Below are positions 51,682-60,098 of a stretch of DNA of 64,000 bases, piece after piece (position 1 is the first letter of the stretch; every line of letters starts with the position of its first letter). Both the position numbers and the translations under genes were made by a program. Origin of the DNA: Candidatus Latescibacterota bacterium (GTDB lineage Bacteria > Latescibacterota > UBA2968 > GCA-2709665); the NCBI GenBank assembly GCA_965208835.1, contig OZ242358.1, forward strand, positions 352,001-416,000, written 5' to 3'. The notes beneath the pieces are model-generated. The model searched no databases. It was not told the origin of the DNA and saw only the letters and a program-made list of their open reading frames with translations.

Positions 51682-51978
51682 TCAGCAGTCACGATCGCAG
51701 AGATCCAGCCTGTGCGCTGTGATGTTGTTCTCGCTGGCGTCGATCTTTCGAAGTTCGTCCTTCAGCGACGATTCCATTTGAGGCACATTGCGCGCGCAGG
51801 TCGCTACGACCGTCGCACCCCAGCCTGCCAGGATCCTCGCGGTTTCGAACCCGAGGGAATTCGGCGACGCCCCGGTTGCGATCACGTGGCGGCCAGTCAT
51901 ATCGACCGGCGTCGCCAACGGTTTACGGCCGCACAGGTGAATCAGATGTTTGGCGAATTTGGAAAGGGCTTGCGGCAT
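51682..51978 (-). pseudogene. Truncated short-chain dehydrogenase (N-terminal Rossmann fragment only)
   Basis: VDMTGRHVIATGASPNSLGFETARILA...LDLCD then stop at 98 aa; no YxxxK. Confidence 0.65.
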
Positions 51979-52066
51979 GTCCCCATGAAGGTCGAAGTGG
52001 CTCTCGCGATTACGTGCGATTATCTACAATCCCACGTAAGTCACTTGATATGATTCGCCACGCGAG

Positions 52067-53281
52067 TTACTCTGGTGGGACCTCTACGACATAAATATCA
52101 AAAGTCGTCTCGGGGTCAGAGAGAAAGGCGATTTTCCTGCCATCGGGCGACCAGGCCGGAAAATACTCCGCATTCTCGCGATTCGTTAAGCGTTTGACAT
52201 CTGTACCGTCGGCGTTCATTACATAGAGTGGGCCGTCTCCCTCAGCCGAGTAAACCACTTGAGTGCCGTCCGGTGACCATACGGCACCTACCCACAAATC
52301 ATCCCAGATATCCTGATAGGTGAGGCGAGTAACCTCGCTGCCGTCAGCATTCATCACATACATATCGCCATAGTTTGGACGGGCATTGTCGCGCCTTGAC
52401 CAGAAGGTAATTCTTGTTCCGTCAGGCGACCACACGGGCAGCATACTTCCTTCGTCATCCGCAGTGAGTTGCGTAACCGTTGCCGACTCGACATCCACCA
52501 AGGAAATCACAGCGAACCTGTTCTCATTGGAGTCAGTACCTATAGACGTGAATGCAAGTTGCTTACTGTCGGGCGACCAGACCGGAAGCCAATCGTGGGC
52601 ATTACTATTCGTCAGCCGTGTGAGATCCGAGCCCTCCGGATTCACCACGTAGATTTCAAAGTTCCCGTCCTGGTTGGACGAAAAGGCGATCCTGGCGCCG
52701 TCAGGCGACCAGGAAGGATAAATATCTTCCGCGTCATTATTGGTAAGACGAGTGAGACCTTCACCATTGGCGCCTACCCTATAAATCTCTGAATTCCCAT
52801 CCCGAACAGAGGAAAAAGCGATGTGCTGACCGTCCGGCGACCAGGTCAGCGTCGTGTACAATTCGGTATCGACTGCAATCGAAGTGGCCAATCTCATTGA
52901 ATCACCACCATCCGCATTCATCACCCACAATTCCGGATCTTCATGTCCGGATAGATATGCAATTTTCTGGCCGTCCGGCGGTGACCACGTGGGATGTAAT
53001 TCGATGGTCTCGCTATTCGTCAAACGGGTGAGTTCGGCAACACAAGGTGTACCAAACAACTTCGCGAAGGCCTGAAAGTCGGCCAGATCAATCGAGCCGT
53101 TGGCATCCAGATCCATTGCGGCGTTATAACCCGCTTCCCCCTGCCGGGCCCCGAATACAACGGCGAAGTCAAGAAAATCGGCGAAGTCAATCTGCCTGTT
53201 GTTGTCGAAGTCACCGGGACAACCGTAAGCCTGGGCTGTGAGAACCAGAACCGTGAACAGGACAACCGACCTGAAGAACAT
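52067..53281 (-). CDS. Secreted dockerin/EF-hand-like plus TolB/PD40 beta-propeller protein
   Basis: Signal peptide; GDFDNNRQIDFADF / DLDANGSIDLADF; about seven P.WSPDG repeats. Confidence 0.88.
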   Translation of the reverse strand: MFFRSVVLFTVLVLTAQAYGCPGDFDNNRQIDFADFLDFAVVFGARQGEAGYNAAMDLDANGSIDLADFQAFAKLFGTPCVAELTRLTNSETIELHPTWSPPDGQKIAYLSGHEDPELWVMNADGGDSMRLATSIAVDTELYTTLTWSPDGQHIAFSSVRDGNSEIYRVGANGEGLTRLTNNDAEDIYPSWSPDGARIAFSSNQDGNFEIYVVNPEGSDLTRLTNSNAHDWLPVWSPDSKQLAFTSIGTDSNENRFAVISLVDVESATVTQLTADDEGSMLPVWSPDGTRITFWSRRDNARPNYGDMYVMNADGSEVTRLTYQDIWDDLWVGAVWSPDGTQVVYSAEGDGPLYVMNADGTDVKRLTNRENAEYFPAWSPDGRKIAFLSDPETTFDIYVVEVPPE

Positions 53282-53527
53282 AAATGCCCCCGCAGCAGAA
53301 AATCAGATACCTGTCAATCATAGTCTGAATTAGAAATAAAAAAGGTAGTTTGCTTACACAAGTCATTGTATTATATCAGGGTTATCCCAATAACTAAACA
53401 ACAATGATCTTGGAAGAAACTACATCGGAAGGTCAAGATAAACATCAAGGGGCGTGTTTCGCAAGTGTTTCAGGCCAGCAGTTGGAAGCCGCCTTCGACG
53501 GGGGGCTGCCAGGGATCAGGAGGCGTG

Positions 53528-53734
53528 ATGCCAATGGTTGAAAAGTACCGACACGGAACGCCGTGTTGTGTTGATCTTGCGACAACTGATTTGGCTGGGG
53601 CGAGGGTGTTCTACGCGGGACTGTTCGGTCGGGAGTATGTGGATGAAGAGTTGGGGCAGGTGGACATCGGTGTCTATTCGATGGCGATGCTGGGCGGATC
53701 GGCGGCGGCGGGGATTGACGAATGTCTAAAATAG
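53528..53734 (+). pseudogene. N-terminal fragment of a two-domain VOC/glyoxalase protein
   Basis: MPMVEKYRHGTPCCVDLATTDLAGARVFYAGLFG...MAMLGGSAAAG, then stop. Confidence 0.75.
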
Positions 53735-53901
53735 CAAACGACAATCGTCTGTTAATCCTTCTCGCCAGGGTGATTTCGGCTATCGGGATCTGCAAATAGG
53801 CCTCAGGCAGCTCGTCGTAGCCGCGCGAACATTGTAACTCCGTTTCATTGGAGTTAATTTGTGATCCTGCTGAATTGGGATTATATTTGCACGCAGGGTT
53901 A

Positions 53902-54056
53902 GTGTCCTGTCCCAGAAATTCCTCCCCATTCGACCGCCGATTCATCCCGTCTCGCTACGTTCCCCTCGCTCGCCGACCGTACGAAGGTTGGAGGCGCCTT
54001 GCGAGCCGGGCGACTCAGCGGCCGAATTCAGGCAACTAATTTCCGGGACAGTACAC
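53902..54056. mobile_element. MITE family 2, copy A
   Basis: TIRs GTGTCCTGTCCCAGAAATT / AATTTCCGGGACAGTACAC; internal sequence shared with 56832-57105. Confidence 0.78.
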
Positions 54057-54181
54057 CAGGCCACCAGGTGATCCGCGTCAGGGTCCTCTGTGAATGGCTC
54101 GATTTCGCTGGTTCGACAAGCCGTCTCCCGAGTCCCTGAGCACAACAGCCGGCGGTCGCGGCGGCCGGAAAGGAAGCTGAT

Positions 54182-55096
54182 TTGACAGTACCTCCAGCCA
54201 ACTGGGAGATACCCGCGCCACTGTCCACTGACAGCGTGAAGGTGGACGACGATGCCGTCATCGTCCTGAGACGCCACGGGAATCCGGCGGGTCCCCGGCT
54301 TGTCCTCAGTCACGGGAATGGCCTCGCCATCGACCTCTACTACCCGTTCTGGTCGTTGCTGGCCGCTGGCTTCGACCTGGTGGTCCATGACCTCAGGAAC
54401 CACGGCTGGAACGAAGTCAGAGCCCTGGAGAACCACCGTTTCGATGCGTTTTCCCGCGACCACGACAGCATCTTCGAAGCGATCGAAAGGCTCTACGGCG
54501 CGAAACCCACGGTGGGCGTCTTCCACTCCATTTCTGCCCTGGCCGCCATGCACACGCCTTCGAGAGGCAGTCACTACTCCGCGATGGTACTGTTCGCGCC
54601 GCCTCTGTGCAACACGGGCCCGAGATACAGGGAGTTCGAGCTGCGGGCGGTGCGAACGGGTGACATGCTCAGTTGGAGGGCGCCGTGGTTCAGGGCCCGG
54701 GAAGAGCTCGCCGAACTTCATACCAACCTCCATTACTTCCAGCACGCTGTGCCGGGCGTCCTGGATCTCGTTGCCAGGACGACCCTCAGGGAGTCCGGGA
54801 CGGGACAGGGTTTCGAGCTCCGATGCCCTCGCGAGTACGAAGCGCAAATCTGGTATGAAGCCTCTCAACCTGCGGTGTCTGTGGACTTCGGCTCCCTGCG
54901 ATGTCCCACCATGATCGTCGGGTCAGATCCCGCCCTGGATCCGAATCGTCCGAAGTTCGACTACAGCGCCGCCGCAGGCGTCGACCACGAGTTCGTGCCC
55001 GGAACGACACACTTTCTGCAGCTCGAGAAACCGGAGGAGTGCGCGGCGGTGATGCTGGACTTCCTGAGCCGGCAGGGTTTTGTCGAGAGTCCGTGA
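54182..55096 (+). CDS. Alpha/beta hydrolase
   Basis: LSHGNG, DLRNHG, atypical nucleophile elbow FHSIS, HFLQLEKPE. Confidence 0.85.
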   Translation: MTVPPANWEIPAPLSTDSVKVDDDAVIVLRRHGNPAGPRLVLSHGNGLAIDLYYPFWSLLAAGFDLVVHDLRNHGWNEVRALENHRFDAFSRDHDSIFEAIERLYGAKPTVGVFHSISALAAMHTPSRGSHYSAMVLFAPPLCNTGPRYREFELRAVRTGDMLSWRAPWFRAREELAELHTNLHYFQHAVPGVLDLVARTTLRESGTGQGFELRCPREYEAQIWYEASQPAVSVDFGSLRCPTMIVGSDPALDPNRPKFDYSAAAGVDHEFVPGTTHFLQLEKPEECAAVMLDFLSRQGFVESP

Positions 55097-55181
55097 TTGA
55101 CTGCGGGACACGCGCCGATGTGACGCAAAACGACCATTGCCGAATGATCGGCGGATACGCAGGAGGCGGTGTTCGGTGTAG

Positions 55182-55841
55182 GTGAGGTGGGCGATGGCGA
55201 TGCTGGGCGGATCGGCGGCGGCGGCGATTTATGAATCGGGGCCCGGGCAGATTCGTCCGGACGGTACAGCGAAGTGGAACCTCTACCTCTCGGTGGACAA
55301 TGTCGACGCCGTGGTCGGGCGGGTGGCAGCGAATGGCGGGTCTGTGCTGGCGGGTTCGAGAGACGTCGATCGCGCGGGTCGGGTGGCGGTGATCGCGGAT
55401 CCGACGGGCTGTGTGACGACGCTGTGGGAGCCCGGTGAGTTCGTGGGATGTGGCGTTATGGCCAAGGCAGGCGCGTTTGCCTGGTCGGAGCATCTGAGTA
55501 CGGATCGCGCGGCATCGGTACGGTTTTACGAGGAGGTTGTCGGTGTCGAGACCGAGACGGCTGGCGAGGAACATCCGGTGCAGTACTCGACCGTGCTGGT
55601 GGGAGACAAGGCGGTCAGCGGGATCATGCAGATGCCGGACCGGATGATCGAAGAAGGGGTCGCGTCCGAGTGGTACGTGTATTTTCAGGTTGCGGATTTT
55701 GACGAATCAGCGGGCTATGTGCAGAAGCACGGAGGGCGATTGATGGCTGAGCCGGACGACATTACCGGGTTCGGTCGAATGGTGGTCGCCCGGGACCCGC
55801 AAGGCGCCGACTTCTGCATCGTCCAGCCGGAGACGGGGTAG
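55182..55841 (+). pseudogene. C-terminal part of the same VOC protein (may be expressed as a truncated form)
   Basis: Begins with MAMLGGSAAA, duplicated from 53681; WNLYLSVDNVD, DPTG, WYVYFQVAD, DPQGA. Confidence 0.75.
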
Positions 55842-55872
55842 TCAAGCTGCCTGAACGATACAGTGCGTGAGC

Positions 55873-56610
55873 TCACGCGTTTCCGCCTGTCAGAATCGAC
55901 ACCACCTGTGGGACGGCCTCCTCCACGCATTCATCCACTTTTTCGCCTCTCATGGGTGCAGCGTGCACGCGCAGTTCGATATTCCTGTAGCCTGCGACGC
56001 CGTCAAGGGTGCTCGACCACGCGCCGGCTCCCGAAGGCCTGAACCTGGCCTCCAGTTCCTTTTGTGGATACTCCCATCGCAGGTCCATGCCGCGGTAGCG
56101 GACACGGTCCCCCTCCTTCACATCGTACATCCTCATTCTGCGGTGTACTCCGAAGTGAATCAACCTGCGATGCACGTTGTCCGGCTGCGGTCCGGCTTCC
56201 GCCCATCCTTCGACCAGGTAGTTTCCTGTCAGATGCGACAGCTTGAACCCATCACCATCGCGTTCGATCATTGGCACCCTGCCCGCGGCCGTGATGTAGG
56301 CGGTGGGGATGCCTCTCAACTCGAACTCCAGCATATCGTGCAAACTGCACGAACTGGCGCCGCATCAGTCCACGACCCCCATGACAAGCCCGTCGCACTG
56401 CGGAACGATTTCCTCCACAAGCTTCTTCGTGCAGACTCGGTAGGGCGATGACTTTTTCCAGGGTCCCACCACATTCGCGTCGTACTCCGCCGCAAGCCGT
56501 TCACCGACGCCATTGAGAACGGCCCCCGCTGTACGCTTTCCGGGATCCAGAAGTCCGATCCTGGCGCCGCTCAGACGGGTCAATCGTGATGCGGGTTCGA
56601 TTCTTGACAC
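55873..56610 (-). CDS. UGSC-family-like selenoprotein (in-frame TGA at 56365-56367)
   Basis: ORFs 56365-56610 and 55873-56343 share a frame: ...GVVD-U-CGASSCSLHD..E.RGIPT; hairpin downstream of the UGA; RBS AAAGGAG. Confidence 0.8.
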
Positions 56611-56831
56611 GGGTCATCTCCTTTCTGATCTTACCTTTCAGTTGCGGTCGGAATTTTCAGCGAGTAGGAAGAGTCACCGGCCGGATCGTGTTCGAGCGCT
56701 CCTGCCCTTGACTCCCGGCGAAATATAGCCAAAGAATGATCCTGTGTCTCGTACGAATTGGCATGATCATCCCCGGACGGGTACCCACGGCGCCGGTCGC
56801 CTTCGGGTGGCCGACGTTGCCTAGCGAACCA

Positions 56832-57105
56832 CTGTATTGTCCCATAAATACCTCACCATTCTCCCGACGATTCATCCCGTCTCGCTGAAACGTGGTCATT
56901 GAGCTTGTCGAAATGCCCGCGTTTCAATACCAGTCGATGGCCAATCAATATCCCTTCGCCGACCCTTCGACAAGCTCAGGGAGCGGCTCAGGGCTTGCCC
57001 GCCGATTCCTGAGCCTGTCGAGGGCGCTGCCCTGCGCCTGTCGCAGATTGCGAGCTAGGCGACTCGGCGGTTGAATTCAGGCAACTTATTTCCAGGACAA
57101 TACCA
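56832..57105. mobile_element. MITE family 2, copy B, with nested palindromic repeat
   Basis: TIRs GTATTGTCCCATAAATA / TATTTCCAGGACAATAC; central insert containing TGAGCTTGTCGAA, TTCGACAAGCTCAGG and CCTGAGCCTGTCGA. Confidence 0.72.
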
Positions 57106-57119
57106 TTGAGGAGGTCTCA

Positions 57120-57857
57120 ATGTTGACTGACGAACAGGTGGGGCAGTTTCGGAAAGACGGCTATCTCGTCTTCGAATCCCTGATACAGGGCGAGCGATTG
57201 GCCTATTACAAGCGGGTGTTTGATGAACTGGTCGCAAAGGGGAGCAAATTAACCGGGCAAACGCCGCACTGGGCGCTGGAACTGGACGAAAGCGGCAACC
57301 CCCGGGCGGGTCTGCTGCACAAGGTTCAGGGCGTTTGCGTGGTGGATGCCCGCGTTCTGGAACTGGCGCGCGAACCGGCGATTCTGGACCGCGTGGCCGT
57401 ATTGACGGGCGAAAATATCGATGTGTTCGGCACCAAGTTTTTTCCGAAGCTACCCAACGGCGGCACGTCAACGAGCTGGCATCAGGACAATTTCTATTTT
57501 GGCACCGATACGAATCGCATCATCAGTTGTGGGATATACCTGGAAGATTCAGACGTGGAGAACGGATGTCTGCGCGTGGTGCCCGGCAGCCACCGGATGG
57601 GCGAGATTGTCGAGCACCGCAGAAATCCGGGCAGGCATGGCAGCTGGACGGAGGTCGATGAATCGCGGGCTGTGGATCTGGTCGTTCCCGCCGGCACGGT
57701 CGTTCTGTTTTCCGCCAATCTCCTGCACGGTGCCTATGATAACCACAGCAATCGCACGCGTTACAGTACGGCCTGGCATTATATGCCGGAGGAACTCAAT
57801 CCGGATAGGTTTCCAAAGGGAGTGTACGAAGATCGACACGTGGCGCGTACACATTGA
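57120..57857 (+). CDS. Phytanoyl-CoA dioxygenase (PhyH) family Fe/2OG oxygenase
   Basis: F..DGYL, WHQD, ENGCLRVVPGSH, LLHGAYDNHS..TR. Confidence 0.92.
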   Translation: MLTDEQVGQFRKDGYLVFESLIQGERLAYYKRVFDELVAKGSKLTGQTPHWALELDESGNPRAGLLHKVQGVCVVDARVLELAREPAILDRVAVLTGENIDVFGTKFFPKLPNGGTSTSWHQDNFYFGTDTNRIISCGIYLEDSDVENGCLRVVPGSHRMGEIVEHRRNPGRHGSWTEVDESRAVDLVVPAGTVVLFSANLLHGAYDNHSNRTRYSTAWHYMPEELNPDRFPKGVYEDRHVARTH

Positions 57858-57899
57858 GAAGCGTGGCCGACCGATGCGCCGGGAAGAGTCCTATCTGGG

Positions 57900-58703
57900 T
57901 CAGAGCATTTCCGCGATTTCGTCGAGATACTCTTTAAGGGACAATCCGTGGCTTCTTGCCAAAATCGCCAGCGTGTCGATTCTCGTCCGTTCCCCTTTTT
58001 CAATCCTTCGCACATGGCGTTCAGAAAGCCCTCGTATATCGGCCTGTATAAGCCCGCACTTCTTGCGGAATTCGGCAACGGCCTCACCAAATCGGAGGTC
58101 GTACATCAGTCTTTCCCGATCCTTTTTTTTGCGCCATGTTTCGTCTTTCAGGTAGCGAACAGCATCCAGGTCAATGTGTACATCGGCCTCAGGCCAGTGT
58201 ATATAACTGCCTTCACTGGAGATGGTAAATGAAGAACGCTGTTGGGATGGAATCCGCTCCAGGGCGGGCATTTCGGCAAAACCCGCTCTGAATAAGGTAT
58301 GATCACACGCCATGACAAAGAGCTCCTCACCTACGACCTGTGCATCGGCAATGAGTTGATCGGGGCATCCAAGGCTCCAAGCCGTAAGCACACGCTTTGG
58401 AACATCCTTCGTCGAATGCACGATAATGTGTCGGCTGCTTTTGAGTTTTGCCTCGTAAAGCATCTGCGGCAAAAACTGAGCGTTGCCGTCTTCGCGGACG
58501 AATAGGGTTCGAAGATGGTTCCGCTGATTGGCAGCACGGACAAAATCACTTACCGTTGGAAGATCGGCAACAGAAGTTAATACGAAAATATACCGAGCGT
58601 TAACCGCGCTTTCATCCGATCTAAAAACGGTGAAAGTGGGCGGAATGACGTCATAGCTAAATTGATCTTGAGCCCAGACGATCATTTCAGCAGTCCTTGC
58701 CAT
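57900..58703 (-). CDS. DUF2442 plus XRE-HTH protein (putative antitoxin)
   Basis: ISSEGSYIHWPEADVHID (DUF2442-like); C-terminal HTH FGEAVAEFRKK.GL.QAD..GLSERHVRRIEKG. Confidence 0.75.
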   Translation of the reverse strand: MARTAEMIVWAQDQFSYDVIPPTFTVFRSDESAVNARYIFVLTSVADLPTVSDFVRAANQRNHLRTLFVREDGNAQFLPQMLYEAKLKSSRHIIVHSTKDVPKRVLTAWSLGCPDQLIADAQVVGEELFVMACDHTLFRAGFAEMPALERIPSQQRSSFTISSEGSYIHWPEADVHIDLDAVRYLKDETWRKKKDRERLMYDLRFGEAVAEFRKKCGLIQADIRGLSERHVRRIEKGERTRIDTLAILARSHGLSLKEYLDEIAEML

Positions 58704-58713
58704 TTTTGGCTCC

Positions 58714-58983
58714 TTATATCACTTTGGTTTCCCACTCGGCATAAAGGGCGTCTCTATGCTGAAGCACCAGACTCAACAGTTCTCTCAGCTCTTTGCTCGA
58801 AGGGCCTGATCCCGAAGGGGGAAACTTCACATTAAAAGCTAGATTCCTGGGTTTGCACGCGCGAAAAAAGACGCGTATCTCCCATTTGTCCGGTTTGCGA
58901 GCGTGAAAATGAGGAGGTTCGTGATCTGAGGAATTGAACCATAATTCCAGGCCTGCCAATTGAAAGCATTCCAACCTTCCCAA
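58714..58983 (-). CDS. DUF4160 protein (putative toxin)
   Basis: F.SSDHEPPHFHA and L..EW motifs; directly upstream of the DUF2442 gene. Confidence 0.8.
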   Translation of the reverse strand: MGRLECFQLAGLELWFNSSDHEPPHFHARKPDKWEIRVFFRACKPRNLAFNVKFPPSGSGPSSKELRELLSLVLQHRDALYAEWETKVI

Positions 58984-59168
58984 AAGATGGCTCCTTGCTC
59001 TCTACCAGAGAACATATCCAAAACCGGACAAAAAATCAATTATACACTAAATAAACAATGTCCGCCATCTGGCCGCAATGATTCAGTTTGACGGTAGCTG
59101 ATCGGCTGCCATTATAGTCACTGATTCTCAGGTTATCGTTCAGTCCAGAACCATGCCGCCGCGGATGT

Positions 59169-60062
59169 TTATGGTCTGGCCGTGCCCGTGTCGCGAAGGC
59201 CCGGAGGACGCCACCGCTCGGTGAGCCTCGGCGCGTGCGAGCGTACTGCGATTGAGAGCCGCTCCAGCCCGTCGACTTCGACGTCGACGCTGTCCCCGTC
59301 GTTGATGTTGCAGAGGCCTCCGTGGTGCGTGCCGCACGCGATCACGTCGCCGGGCATGAGGGTAATGTACCGGCTGAGCCAGGCGATCTGCTCGGCGATC
59401 GGGTACGCCATTGCCGACGTGCTGTAGTCCTGCTGAAGTTCCTCGTTCAGCCACAGGCGCACGCGTACGTCCTGCGGGTTGGCGATCTCGTCTCTGGTCA
59501 CGAGTGCAGGGCCCATCGGCGCCCAGTCGTCGATCCCTTTGGAGAGGAATGTGGTGCGCCGCGCCTGCAGCCCCCGGCAGGACACGTCGATGAAGTTGAC
59601 GTACCCGAAGACGTGGTCCATCGCGTCTTTTCCGGACACATGCCGCGCCTGCCTGCCGATCACGTATGCGATCTCCGGCTCCGGCTGATAGGCCACTGCG
59701 CCTTCCAGGCTTGGTACCTCAATCGTCGTTCCCGTTCCGACGATGCTCGTCGCGCCCTTGTAGAAGAAATCGAGGGCGCCTCTTGTCGCACCCTCCCGTT
59801 CCAGGTAGTTCGAGAACGCGCAGAGCAGGTGGCGCGGCCTCGGCAGCGGCGCCAGAATCCGCACGGAATCCTTGGGTACACCCCTCTCGCTTTCTGCCAA
59901 CTGCTCGAACCGTGGGCGGTACTCATCGAAGGCTTCGATCACCGCTTCCATGCGCCATTGCGCGGGCTGCTCAGCCAGGCTGCCGAGTGCCGGGCTGAGG
60001 TCCACGATCCGGCCATCGAGGAGCAGGCCGGTCCTGCCGTTGTCGTACAGGACGAGCTTCAT
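59169..60062 (-). CDS. Fumarylacetoacetate hydrolase family protein
   Basis: NY, FYK, EPEIAYVIG, FGY..F.DVS.R, K..D...PMGP, L.PGDVIACGT. Confidence 0.9.
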   Translation of the reverse strand: MKLVLYDNGRTGLLLDGRIVDLSPALGSLAEQPAQWRMEAVIEAFDEYRPRFEQLAESERGVPKDSVRILAPLPRPRHLLCAFSNYLEREGATRGALDFFYKGATSIVGTGTTIEVPSLEGAVAYQPEPEIAYVIGRQARHVSGKDAMDHVFGYVNFIDVSCRGLQARRTTFLSKGIDDWAPMGPALVTRDEIANPQDVRVRLWLNEELQQDYSTSAMAYPIAEQIAWLSRYITLMPGDVIACGTHHGGLCNINDGDSVDVEVDGLERLSIAVRSHAPRLTERWRPPGLRDTGTARP

Positions 60063-60098
60063 CCGTTTCCTTCTCCCGCGACGATCTCCTTCGCGGCC

